From the NCBI RefSeq assembly GCF_009914755.1, contig NC_060934.1: DNA of 64,000 nt; one strand, 5' to 3'. Position numbers and translations under genes: made by a program. Shown piece by piece: positions 1 through 11,424 of this stretch. The DNA is from the human T2T-CHM13v2.0 reference genome, Homo sapiens. The notes beneath the pieces were generated by a model. It saw only the letters and a list, made by a program, of their open reading frames with translations, was not told the DNA's origin and searched no databases. Each line of letters starts with the position of its first letter. Within the stretch, counting starts at the first letter, position 1.

Positions 1-349
1 AGAATAAAATATAATGACTACATTAAGGTAAAAAAGTATTTATGGAATACAAATGCACAGAGAACGTCTACAGTGGTATATACCAGTGCAATTCAAACAG
101 GGGAAGGGGAATTCAATTCGTTCATACTCTGAATTCTATGTTATTTGAAATCAAGAAGATAATCTCAGAATAAATAATTTAAAAGAAGGGAAATATAAGG
201 AAACAGGGGCAGCTGTGGATCAAGCTTTTTACAGCATCTGACTCAGGCGAGGCTCCTGTCTTCTAGGCTACTGCCTCTCTAGGACTTAACCTGGGCAATT
301 GTAAGAGCCCTGGGCCAATAAAATAACCAGGAGGGCTGGGGTATCCCTG

Positions 350-422
350 CTCCCGGGCTCAAGCCATCCCCCTGCCTCAGCCTCCCAGAGGGCTGGGATT
401 ACATTTGTGAGCCACTGCAACC
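350..422 (-). mobile_element. Alu/FLAM 5' fragment (AluJ-age)
   Basis: ctcccgggctcaagccatccccctgcctcagcctccc...gggattac...gtgagccactgc is the reverse complement of the Alu left-arm 5' end. Confidence 0.8.
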
Positions 423-496
423 ATCACTTAAGGTTCATGAACCTCACTGGACCCTGGGAGAGTCAGCCTAGGGCAGGAACCAGCTCGACAGCTTTA

Positions 497-630
497 TAGA
501 TCAGAGAGACCTGGGTTCAAATCCAGACTCCACCCTTCTGAATTTGTTTGCAGGAAACAGACTATGATGCAATTCTTAAGGTGCAGGTAGGTTAAATGTG
601 ATGCATTTTCTAGCACAGTGCCTGATTACT
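497..630 (+). mobile_element. MIR fragment
   Basis: gacctgggttcaaatccagactccac core and tagcacagtgcctg 3' motif. Confidence 0.65.
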
Positions 631-1459
631 TTCTTTTATTTTGGATTATAAAATGAAGATTTCTAAGGCTGTTTATGGTTCTAATATTTTATGGGTCTTT
701 TGAATCCGGAAAGGTGGTTGGGGGAAGAGCCCTATTAGCTATTTTTGTCAGGTAAATGAAGAGCATTTACTATAGTAGCTTCTCACTGAGGCCTGCTAGA
801 TTAGATTAATTATTTGCTGTGGATTAGACTGGATTTTAATTATGAGCTCAAATAAGATCCTGGTGTGATTCATCCATGTTAACGTTAAGACTTTTCTTTT
901 TCTAATGGTTCCGACAGAAAGAGGGAAAGGCTATTCTTGGAACATGAAAAAAGGCATAAATAGCCACAGCTGGTTTAATTACAACCAGGAAGAGATCAGA
1001 GAGAAGAAAAAAAGATGAGGTATATGATCCCATGATACGCTAATTAGAAATTTTCATATATGTTGGTTTGCAAAATACTACTGAATAGGCATTAGGTATT
1101 TTTGCCAAGACCTTGAAGAGGAAAATTGCACTGTTTTGTGAGCCTCCAGTCTCTCTGAAGATAGCAACTTTCCAAACCACACTGGTCAGGATGAAAACAT
1201 GACTTTCTGCAATTGTTCTACAGTCAGGACTTTGCAATCACAGTGATTGAAGTGAAAGTGCTGATTAAGGGCTCTGCAGGAAGGTGACATGTGCAGAATT
1301 ATAATAAGAAGGTGGCAGTGATTCAACCTTTGGGTCATTTACTTTGGCAACTATCATTAGCAGGTGACAGGGCTGTGGTGAAGGGAAGAGGAGAGCCATT
1401 CCAATTATGTCCCATAGCTTTTACTTGTTCCTCCAATTCCATGACTTTCTCAATTTTGC

Positions 1460-1759
1460 TTTTTTTTTTTCAGGGTCTCTCTGTGTCACCCAGGCTAGAT
1501 ACAGTGCAGTGGCACAATGACAGCTCACTGCAGTACTGCAGTCTTGACCTCCTGGGCTCAAGCAAATCCTCCCGCCTCAGTCTTCTAAGTAGCTAGGACT
1601 ATAGGCACATACCACCATATCCAGCTAATTTTCTTATTTTTTGCAGAGACAGGTCTCATTGTGTTTCCCAGGTTAGTCTTGAACTCCTGGGCTCAAGCCA
1701 TCTTCCCACTTCGGCCTCCCAAAGTGCTGGGATTACAGGTGTGAGCCACTGCAACCAGC
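1460..1759 (-). mobile_element. AluJ, full length
   Basis: polyT, dimeric Alu, J-type ctcctgggctcaagc; TSD aattttgcttt on both sides. Confidence 0.92.
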
Positions 1760-1784
1760 AATTTTGCTTTTCAGTGTAGTTGTT

Positions 1785-1930
1785 TGCATATTTGCCTCCC
1801 CAATAAGATTTTAAAGGTGTGCAAAGGCATAAACTAGAAACGTACTCATCAGTGAACGCTATAGCACTTAGCAGGATACTTTGCAGGAATACTCTGCAGT
1901 AATAGCTGCTTAATAAATACTGGTTGAATT
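1785..1930 (+). mobile_element. L2 3' end remnant
   Basis: tagcacttagca...gcttaataaatactggttgaat resembles the L2 terminus. Confidence 0.5.
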
Positions 1931-2065
1931 ATATTTTCAAATATCTGGTCCTGTGGATTTATTCCACAGATGCTGGTTTAAACATTTGGCTATAAGTATA
2001 AACAGACATGTGAGGTAGTCTTTGCGCTTGGCCTGAAAGAGTTTCACTCTTTTTAAAATATTAAA

Positions 2066-2370
2066 TTTTTTTTTTTTTTTTTTATGGAGACAGAGTCTCA
2101 TTCTGTCACTCAAGGCTGGAGTGCTGTGATGCTATCACAGGTCACTGCAGCCTTAAACTCCTGGGCTCAAGTGGTCCTTATATCTCAGCCTCCTGAGTAG
2201 CTGGGACTACAGTTGTAAGCCACCATGCCCTGCTAAAGTTTTCATTTTTTATAGAGATCAGGTCTCATTATGTTGCCCAGGCTGGTCTCAAACTCCTGTC
2301 CTCAAGTGATCCTGCACCACCTCAGCATCCCAAAATGCTGGGATCACAGGCATGAGCCACAGCAACCTGC
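2066..2370 (-). mobile_element. AluJ, full length
   Basis: polyT then gagacagagtctc...cactgcagccttaaactcctgggctcaag...gagccac. Confidence 0.92.
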
Positions 2371-3614
2371 AGGAGACTGACTCTTCATTAAATCTATGAG
2401 TCCCACTTTGCACTTGACAGAATGACTTGAGTGTACTGCTGGTCGGGAGCCGTAGGTGGAGAGCTGTGCTCCAAACCAGTATGATTTTTAAAAACTCCCC
2501 AAAAAGAGTAATCAAAGGAGCTGAAATCAGCTTCGAGTTGACTGGTTCTAGTCTTGAACACCTCTCAGTATCAGTAAATCCTTCGAACTCCAGTCTCACA
2601 AGGTGCATTTTAATCCCCCGTAATATCCCTTTTCTCATGAGAGAGATGGATTTGGCCACTTTGCTATGTTATGTGGAACCATTTTTGCTCTTGACAGTAG
2701 TAGCAGGATGATCTCTCAGCTTTGGGTGAGGTTCGAGCCAAGTCATGCATTGGTCTGTTTTTCCCATTAACTGGTGAACTGTAGAGTTAGATCCATGGAT
2801 GTAGATTACATTTTGAAGCTTGGTCGTCAGCAAGAGCCTGATTAATTTCTTTAGCTTGGATATTAGTCCAAAGCCAGAGCTTTTCAGTTTGGTGAAAAAC
2901 ATTAACTGCCTCCTTCATGTGGGCTGATTGATTGGTGGCTGAACAGAAAGCATTTCTTCCAGCCCACAATGAATGGGAATTTTCCTTCAGATGCTCCCAC
3001 TGAAAGCATACGCTTTGTTTACTCATGCAAGGAGTGAAAAGATCGGGTTCCTTTTCTGCTTAACTGTTCTAAACACCTTTTTCAGAATCTTAGTTTTCCC
3101 CTTCTCCTCCCAGCCAGCAAGGAGAGATGGTGACGAAACACTGACTTTGAATTGGGGGATGGGATTGAAGGCTGCTCCTGCTTCTTCCCTGGCCAATGCA
3201 TTAATAACCAGCTCAGAAAATAACATGTCAACTCAGATTTCCTCTCTCAGCAGTGAATAACGTCTTGGAATACCTTGGAGGTGCTCACAACTGTGTGTGT
3301 TATTTGCGGTTGGTCCCTGTTTTCCCTCCCCAGCCTGTGGATTCATTTCCTTTTCCTTTTCCTTTTCCTTAGCAGAGTTGAAATGTTTCCTGCTTGCCTG
3401 AGTATGAAGGGATCACATCTTTGTCCTTGGGTTTCAGCTCTGCAATATAAATGTTTGATGTAACCATTTAACAGGATTGGATTTTATCTGAACCATTTAA
3501 AAGTCAGGGCAAACAATGAAAATGACTAAAATAGCTAAATTATCTTCTAGTCTTAGTAGCTACTTAAATGTCAGTTGGGTAAATTTGATGTAAAAAATTT
3601 TGTTTTAATTAAGA

Positions 3615-3752
3615 TTTTTTTTTTTTTGGTAGAGATGGGGTGGGCTCTTGCTATGTTTCCCAGGGGGGTCTTGAACTCCTGGGCTCAAGCAATCCTCCCA
3701 CTTTTGGCCTCCCAAAGGGCTGGGTTACAGGCATGAACTACCATGCCTAGAC
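3615..3752 (-). mobile_element. FLAM (free left Alu monomer)
   Basis: polyT directly followed by left-arm sequence only (gtagagatgggg...caggcatgaactaccatgcc). Confidence 0.85.
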
Positions 3753-3864
3753 TATTGAGTAGATTTCCATTGCCTGCTACTTGTTCTGAAACCAGAAATA
3801 TTAAAAGGGATGATTATTACTTTAGCCACGAATGAAGCTTAAAATCTGAATTGAGGTCAAAGTA

Positions 3865-4095
3865 TAATAATCCTAGTTAACATTAATCAATTGATGATGA
3901 ATAAGACATTTGCTAATTATTTTATGTGCATTATTTCACTTCATTTTAGCAACAACCCTAAGGGGTAAGTGCTATCATTATTATTATTACTACTATTTTG
4001 CAGCTGAAGCAACTTTAGGTTAGAGAGTTAAGTAACTTTAGCCAAGATTACATGGCCGGGAAATAGAGCAGGTGGGACTCTAACTGTAGTCTATG
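3865..4095 (-). mobile_element. MIR
   Basis: caacaaccctaaggggtaag...ttttgcagctgaagcaact...agagagttaagtaactt...ccaagattaca, antisense MIR core. Confidence 0.75.
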
Positions 4096-5020
4096 TTTTC
4101 CAGGGGACTGCAGTATGCCACTATGTTGTATTTCCAGGTAGACTGTGAATGGTTGAAATATGCTCCTTTTGTCTGCTCACTGCCTAATGCCAGCTTCTGG
4201 GATGCTATTTTCTCAAAAGATGTAATTGGTGTCAGGATGGCCCTTCTCATCTTAACGTTTGCTTTCATGTAGATTCTAGAATGTTTGCAAATACCTGTAT
4301 CTCAGTCGATGGTAGGTGATTGTTTTAGTAGAAAAGGATTTATGTCACTTTATGGAAGCATAGAGATTTAAGATTGCCCTTGAAGAATGGGCAGGGCTCA
4401 GAACAATTAAATGGAGTGATGATAGTCAGTTGAACTATCTACTGCCACGGGCTGTGGTCTAGATGAATTGAGCCTTTTCAACATTATCTTCAAAAGACAT
4501 GATTTTCTTTTTCCGTGAAAGGGGAACATCATTCATTTAACTCATTGCAATGAATTTTCTATGATTTTTATGCATGACCCTGTTCAATGCTGTGGTTTTG
4601 TACAGTGCTATGGCGGAATTAGCTAGCTTTTGGCTTTCTAGCATTTGAACACTCTCTTACTTGGGGACTCCCCCTTTGTTATGCAGGCCTTTGTGGGAGG
4701 GCTGGTGAGATCCCTAACAGAAACAAAAGGAAGGAACAAATATCCTCTCTCCCTGTGCTTTGCTGCTCCAGTAACCTGGACTTGGCCAATCAGATGCTCC
4801 TGTCCAACACCGTGAGGTCATCTGTGGAAATATCCAGCACTGTGAGTATCCGGGGGACACAGTACCATCATTGGCACCCTAGCCAGACTCTCTGGTGCAG
4901 ACTTGACTAGGTTCTGAACTGCCAGGCTTCCTCTGTTTTCTGCCAATATACTGAGAATATTCTTCACGCTTCCCAGAGTTTTTTTGTGAGCTCCCACTAC
5001 CCAATATTTCATAATACATT

Positions 5021-5490
5021 CTATTAGTGTTCTCCAGAGAAACAGAATCAACGAATGAACAGCAACAATAACAACACACACACACGTTATTTAGTATAAG
5101 GAATTGGCTCAAGTGATTTTGGAGGCTTAGAAATTCCACCATCTGCCACTTGCAAGCTGGAGAAAAGCCGCTTGCAGGCAAGCCAGTGGTGGTATTCCGA
5201 GAACCAGAGGGATGATGGTGTAAGTTCTAGTGTGGGGGCAGGAGACTGATATTCCAGTTCAAGAAGTCAGGCAAAGAGAGGAAATTCTTCTTTCTTCTGC
5301 CTTTTTGTTCTATTCAGGCTTTCAATGGATTGAAGGCCACTTTCCCACATGGGAACGGGCAATCTGTCCACCAATTCAAATGCTGATCTTATCCAGAAAC
5401 ACCCTCACAGAAACACCCAGAAATAATGTTTAGCCCAAAATCTGGACACCCCATGATCCAGTCAAGCTGACACATAAAATTAGCCATTAT
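5021..5490 (-). mobile_element. MLT2 (ERVL) solo LTR
   Basis: tattagtgttctccagagaaacagaa...gtcaagctgacacataaaattagccat matches antisense MLT2C/D termini. Confidence 0.8.
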
Positions 5491-5584
5491 GTATCTATTC
5501 CCACCGAGTAAGCCGTAATTGGTTTTTGATATATAGAATCAGAAATTCCACTGGTACAAGTCCCTTTCAGAAATGTACAACTGT

Positions 5585-5710
5585 GGTTGGGTGTGATGGC
5601 TTACACCTGCAATCCCAACACTTTGGGAGGCTAACGCAGGAGGATCACTTGAGGCCAGAAGTTCCCAGCCTGGGCAACATAGCAAGACCCCATCTCTACA
5701 GAAAGAGAAA
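5585..5710 (+). mobile_element. FLAM / Alu left monomer
   Basis: ggttgggtgtgatggcttacacctgcaatccc...gaccccatctctacagaaa. Confidence 0.85.
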
Positions 5711-5847
5711 TACACAAGAAGATTTTAAATATGTAATGGAATCATAAAAATTAATACAAATAATATGACACAAATTTGTGAAACAGAAAAAATTCATCCA
5801 TAATCACACCATTCTAATATAATATCACGTCTGTGGTTTTAAATGTT

Positions 5848-6146
5848 CTTTTTTTTTTTTTGAGACAGAATCTCACTCAGTTGCCCAGGCTGGAGTGCAA
5901 TTGGCTCCATCTCCGCTCACTGCAAGCTCCGCCTCCTGGGTTCTCGCCATTCTCCTGCCTCAGCCTCCCGAGTTGCTGGGACTACAGGTGCCTGCCACCA
6001 CGCCTGGCTAATTTTTTTGTATTTTTTTAGTAGAGACGGGGTTTCACTGTGCTAGCCAGGATGGTCGCGGTCTCCTTACATTGTGATCCTCCTGCCTTGG
6101 CCTCCCAAAGTGCTGGGATTACAGGTGTGAGTCACCACGCCCGACC
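5848..6146 (-). mobile_element. AluY-like, full length
   Basis: Y-type gcaagctccgcc, gccattctcc, tagccaggatggtc; TSD ttaaatgt(t/c)cttt. Confidence 0.9.
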
Positions 6147-6544
6147 TTAAATGTCCTTTTTAACCTATACACATTCCCATAGTTATTCTCATGTCTCACC
6201 CAGCTTCTCAAGGTGCTCACTCTGACATAGCTCTTTCACAGAAAATGCAGTGGGCCACAAGATTCTGGGGGAGCTCAGTGAGAAGTGTTTAATAATGAAC
6301 CAGGATCAGATGTGCCTCACCCCTAGCCCCAGTTAGCATGTATTGAGTGAGGCATCATCTCACCTTAAGAAAAGTTGCTTAGCAGGTAAGGGAAAACTGT
6401 GTATAGATGATTCTCCTTTTATACAAAGCTCAAAAGGTAAGGCCTTGAGAGAAGATGGATTTCTAACGGGGAAGCTCTGAGGCAAAATCTGTTACGATGT
6501 GTTGTAATGCTCACATTCAAGTTGGAAGGTCATATTTAAACCTA

Positions 6545-6860
6545 ACTATGCAGATATATATCTAATGTGCTGGGGATGGGAAGACACAGAAGAGCTTTGC
6601 AGAGTTTCCACTCTCAACAATTGTACAAACAGCTTAGTGTGATAAGACCTGCAACATTAGGCAACTGGAGAACACAGTATGAGGCAGTGAAAGTTATGGG
6701 CGGTGAGGGCTGTGTGTCTTATAGCCCCAGGAAGGGCTTCTTGGATATGGTAACACTTCAGATTTGCCTGGAAGAATGGGCAGAGTCTGGATGGATGAAG
6801 AGAAACAGGGATAGCAAGTTGAGAGGCCAACATTAACAAACAGGATGGCAGAGAGGGAAT
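6545..6860 (-). mobile_element. L2 fragment
   Basis: aggaagggcttcttggatatggtaacacttcagatttgcctggaagaatgggcagag, typical antisense L2. Confidence 0.55.
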
Positions 6861-6925
6861 GCTACTTTGATGGGGATCATCTCCCAGTTCTTCTTCAGTT
6901 ATATAATAATGAGAAATTGGATTTG

Positions 6926-8619
6926 CAGTTCTCAAACTTTATGGATCCAGGATCCCTTTCACTCTTAAAAATTACTGAACACATCAAATATTTTTGTGTG
7001 TATGTGGGTAATTTGTATTGGTATTTACTGGATTTGTAGTTAAAATAAGTAACATAGTTTTAGGAAAAATAACTCTATTTTCAAAAACAAAAAAGTTTTT
7101 AGCAAGAAGGCTGGTATTGTTTTTGAAAATCTTAATAGAAGACAGCTGGCTTGTTTTATTCGCTTCTGCATTTAATCTGTTGCAATATGTTGTTTTGGTT
7201 GTAAGAGCTGAATGAAATCTGGCCTCACAAAGATATGTGGTTAGAAAGGGGAGAGGTGGTTTAACAGTACTTTCCAAATTGTCGTGAATATTCTTTGATA
7301 CTATCCTAGAATTTGCATGAAGCGATTTCTTAAACATTGGTTACAATGTGGAATCTGAAACTTTATCATTAAATCTTCATACTCTGCTGTGTTGTAATCC
7401 CCTGGCCCATCACGCAGTGTGGATAGATCTTTACCTGTGTGTGATTTTGTAACACCATGCATTGGCCATTTGGAAAATATTTGTTCACTGAGTTGTGCAG
7501 ATCTTCCTAACCCTGACACATTTCATTAAACAGCAGCAAAAGATCACATTTAGGCTGGGTGGTGTCTTACCCCTATAATCCCAGCACTTTGGGAGGCCAA
7601 GGAGGGAGGATCACTTGAGCCCAGGAGTTTGAGACTAGCCCGAGCAACAAGCAAGACCCCATCTTTGCAAAATTAAAATTAAAAAATTAATTGGGTGTGG
7701 TGGTGCATGCCTGCAGTCCCAGCAACTCAGAAGGCTGAGGTGGGAAGATCTCCTGAGCCGAGGTGGTCAGTCATGCTGCAGTGAGCCATGAATGCACTGC
7801 TGCACTCCAGTCTGGGCCACAGAGTGAGACCCTGTCTCGAAAAAAAAGTCACATTTGTTAATATCATCCCCCTTCATATTAGAAAAGTCTCTAAGTATTC
7901 AGAAGCTATCATGCTCATGGTGGCAGATACAAGCTTTCCAACATTCTCATTTTCATTTGAAATCTACAAAGAATTTACATCATTTACATCATTGGCTGCA
8001 AGTTCTGTAATGAAATGACAGGGTCATATAATTCATTTTAGACAGAATGTCTGATAAATACTCAACTCTGAGTAGCTATAGTTTTCTGTCAATAGTTCTT
8101 TCAAGTAAAAATGTATTTCATGAAAAAAGTGGCTAGTTTTGCTCACAATTTGAATGACTGCACAAGTACTAGACCTTCCTTGGTAGGCAGCAAAAGTGCT
8201 TTATGCATGCTTCCTGTTTAGTCACACTGAATATTAGAAATTGTGCACTCACACATTGAGATTTAGTAAAATTCATAAATTTACTTCATTCCATCAAGGA
8301 CATTCTTAAGTTCTTAGGTGACACTGACTTCTCCTCCTCCTCCTCCTCCCCCCCGTCTTCTTTTTTTTTCTGCAACCATGTGGCAGCAAAGACTACAATG
8401 AATGATCTCCAGTAGTACGGTGTGTGCCACTGCCTTGATTTTTGTGATAGTGTCACCATTCTATGCACCGTTATTTTTGCACCTCCAATGCAAATGTCAA
8501 CAAAGTGAGAAAGCAGCAAATAATGTATTTTTGTTATTATAAAATAGTTTGACCTCATGCAGTCCCTGAAGGGTCTCTGGAGCCCTTAGGAGTCTGTGAA
8601 CACACTTTGAGAACCATTG
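6926..8619 (-). mobile_element. hAT-Charlie DNA transposon (Charlie1-like) fossil, interrupted by AluJ; strand given is that of the transposase remnant
   Basis: Termini cagttctcaaact... and ...cacactttgagaaccattg; minus ORF 6984-7337 contains LPFLTTYLCEARF...TKTTYCNRLNAEA..QLSSIK, the hAT C-terminal dimerisation motif of Charlie/Buster transposases. Confidence 0.85.
7553..7847 (+). mobile_element. AluJ inserted in Charlie element
   Basis: Dimeric Alu with polyA; TSD-like aaag(a)tcacattt on both sides. Confidence 0.9.
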
Positions 8620-8638
8620 ACTTAAATTTATAAACAGT

Positions 8639-8882
8639 CAAGGTGGGTGGATCACCTGAGGTCAGGAGTTCGAGACCAGCCTGGCTAACATGACAAAACC
8701 CCGTCTCTACTAAAAATACAAAAATTAGCCTGGTCTGGTGGCATGTGCCTGTAATCCCAACTACTCAGGAGGCTGAGGCAGGAGAATTACTGGAATCCAG
8801 GATATGGAGGCTGCAGTGAGCTGAGATCGCACCACTGCACTTCAGCCTGGGTGATAGCACAAGACTTTGTCTCAAAAAAAAA
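8639..8882 (+). mobile_element. AluS, 5'-truncated
   Basis: Starts mid left arm (caaggtgggtggatcacctgaggtcagg), polyA; TSD ttataaacagt. Confidence 0.9.
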
Positions 8883-8891
8883 TTATAAACA

Positions 8892-9066
8892 GTGCCTTAT
8901 ATACTAGGCATTTTTCTTTGATTTAAATGTATTAAATTATTTAATCCTCACAACTCTCTTTAGGACATAAAGTTAATATTCCTTTACACATGAGGACACT
9001 GAGGCTCAGAGTTTTCTCAGGTCACACAGATGTGACGTGGCAGAGGCTCACTCTGGCTTTAGCCCA
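8892..9066 (-). mobile_element. MIR
   Basis: atttaatcctcacaac...tttacacatgaggacactgaggctcagag...aggtcacacag. Confidence 0.75.
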
Positions 9067-9488
9067 TGGTGTATTGACCTCGCTTGTGAACTCAGCTGGA
9101 TCATTGCCATTTGTGTAGAACCCAGGGCTCACTGGATGCAGCTCAAGTCTCACGTTCAGAGTGGTCCTCTGAATGGAGTGGTCCTGTGTCAATCAACGTC
9201 TTGACTGGGACAGAGAAACCATTGACAAAGGCATGGACAGTGTGTAGGGAACCCTTGTAGGTTCCTGGTGCTATATGCCCTCTGCTCGCCACCTTTCTCC
9301 ATCCTTGTTGACTGGCACACAGGCAGTTTCCAAGGACAAGCAACAATGGGCCACCTTGCAACCCTGGGCCAGTAAAGAAAGAGAGGGCTTTGTGCAGAAG
9401 GTCACCTGTGGAAGCTTGGGTGTGGGATGTTGTCAGTCAGCCCGTGGCCACATTGCAGGGTGGAACTCTGGGGATTGTATTCTCTATC

Positions 9489-9902
9489 TGCTGTAACTTG
9501 GACATGGTTTGTTTGTCCCCACTAAATCTCATGTTGAAATTTGGAGGTGGGGCCTAATGGGAGGTGTTTGGGTCATGCGAGCACATCCCTCATGAGTAGG
9601 TTAATGCCCTCCTTCAAGGTGAGCGAGTTCTCTATTAGTTCTCATGAAAGCTGGTTGTTAAATGAACCCAACATCTCCCCTCTCTTTCTTGCTTCCTCTC
9701 TTACCATGTGATCTCTGCACACACTGTTTCCCTTTCACCTTCTGCCATGAGTAGAAGCAGAAGCCCTCAACAGAAGCCAAGCAGATGTTGGTACCTTGCT
9801 TCTTGTACATTCTGCAGAACTGTGAGCCAAATAAACCTCTTTTCCTTATAAATTAGCCAGCCTCAGATATTCCATTAGAGCAACACAAAATGGACTAAGA
9901 CA
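9489..9902 (+). mobile_element. MSTB-family (MaLR) solo LTR
   Basis: tgctgtaacttggacatggtttgtttgtcccc...gaactgtgagccaaataaacctctttt...aatggactaagaca. Confidence 0.85.
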
Positions 9903-10025
9903 GCAACCTGTCTCCCTCCCTCTGGTCTCTGGCTCCATCTCCTGCTGGAAGCCAGGGAGCAGGGGCTGATGCCCTTGAGCTGTTAGCCAGAATTATGAAG
10001 GAGTGAGGTGTGAGTCTAGAAGGGA
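9903..10025 (-). mobile_element. LTR33-like ERVL LTR remnant, probably split by the MSTB
   Basis: gagtctagaagggaaagcagggggtatctagca resembles the antisense LTR33 5' end. Confidence 0.35.
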
Positions 10026-10706
10026 AAGCAGGGGGTATCTAGCATCATGAACTTGTAAGAGTTCCTTCTTTTGATTGCCGTATCTTATATTTCAATTTGG
10101 GATTAAAGTCTATACTTTATTCATACTGGAGTGTGAACTGGAATTTGTTTACAACTATGTTGTGGACATATTTCAGACATGACAATGATTTTCATTGGCC
10201 CGTCGTGCCAAGTAGATCTTTCCCTATAGATGTGGCTGTGGCTCCCTGCTTACAGGGTTTGGGACAGAGTTATCCTGCCACTGAATGTGGTAACCTACTT
10301 GTTACTCCTTCCCCATCTGCAGGAATTCAACTCCTTGTGTGAGGTATTGCCTCACGATGAAGAGCTTCCAGCTCCCCACCTGGTGTCCCTAAGTGGCAGC
10401 AGAGGCTGCTGCTGTATTCCTGAGTCCTAGTTTGATGCATCCATTTGTCTCAGATCTCATCAGTCCTTCCTCTTCAATTGATTCAAGGCCTCAACCCCAA
10501 ATGCTTCCTGCATTGCTCTGCAGCACCCTTCAGCCCTACTGATGCCCATCAAGTCATAGGAATGACACTTGTCCTCTATGGAGACCCAAACATTAAATAA
10601 TTAAAACAATGAGAGAAGATTTGGGAAGCACAGTTGATGTACTTTTCTGCATAGCCACAGAGCTGAGTCATCTAAGCTCTGTACAGATTCATCAATTGAA
10701 AGTGAC

Positions 10707-11080
10707 TGTGATGGTTAATTTTCTATGTTACCTTGGCTTGGCAATGGTGCCCAGTTGTTTGGTCAAATATCAGTCTATATATTGCTGTGAAGGTTTTTTT
10801 AGATGTGATTAACATTTAAGTTGGCAGACTGAGTAAAGCTGGTTACCTTCCATAATGTGAATGGGCCTCACCCAATCAATTGAAGACTTTACGAGAGAAA
10901 GCTGAGGTCCCTCAAAGAGGAAGGAATTCTGCCTCCAGATTGCTTTCCTTTGGGCTTGAGTTGCAACATTAACTTTTTCCTTAGTCTCTTGCCGGCTGAC
11001 CTGCCCTGCATATTTAGGACTTGCCAGCCCCTACAATCACATGGGCCAATTCCTTAAAATAATTCTCTCTCTCTGTCTCC

Positions 11081-11120
<40 letters not shown>

Positions 11121-11157
11121 ACACACACCAGATTCTCCGGAGAATCCTGACTTATAT
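10707..11157 (+). mobile_element. MLT2C-like (ERVL) solo LTR
   Basis: tgtgatggttaatttt...gaggaaggaattctgcctccaga...gccaattccttaaaataa...ggagaatcctgacttata; internal (TG)n at 11084-11118. Confidence 0.82.
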
Positions 11158-11277
11158 GGGTTGTGGTTTACTTATTTGGAATCTAAGTTTACTGGGAAGT
11201 TATTCCTAAAGAACACAACTTAATTTTTCCTAATTGGTTAAAAGATGTGCAAATCTCTTAAGGACTTGTCATTAGAT

Positions 11278-11424
11278 CACTGTTTGTAGACCCTGACTGC
11301 ATATTAGAATCAACTGGGGAGACTGAAAAAAATACTGACGTCCAGACCCCACTCCAGATCAATGAAGAATCTCTAGGGTGTAACCTGGCACTGGGATTCT
11401 AAAAAGCAGGGTCAAGAACCAGTG
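11278..11424. mobile_element. MER5-family hAT-Charlie MITE
   Basis: gactgcatattagaatcaactgggga...ccccactccaga...gaatctct...caagaaccagtg. Confidence 0.65.

Noticed and set aside
2288-3260. Run of minus-strand ORFs sharing one frame (123, 77 and 67 aa), suggesting a processed pseudogene
   Set aside because: No recognisable protein, further stops between the ORFs, no polyA or TSD, and the end runs into an Alu; within chance expectation
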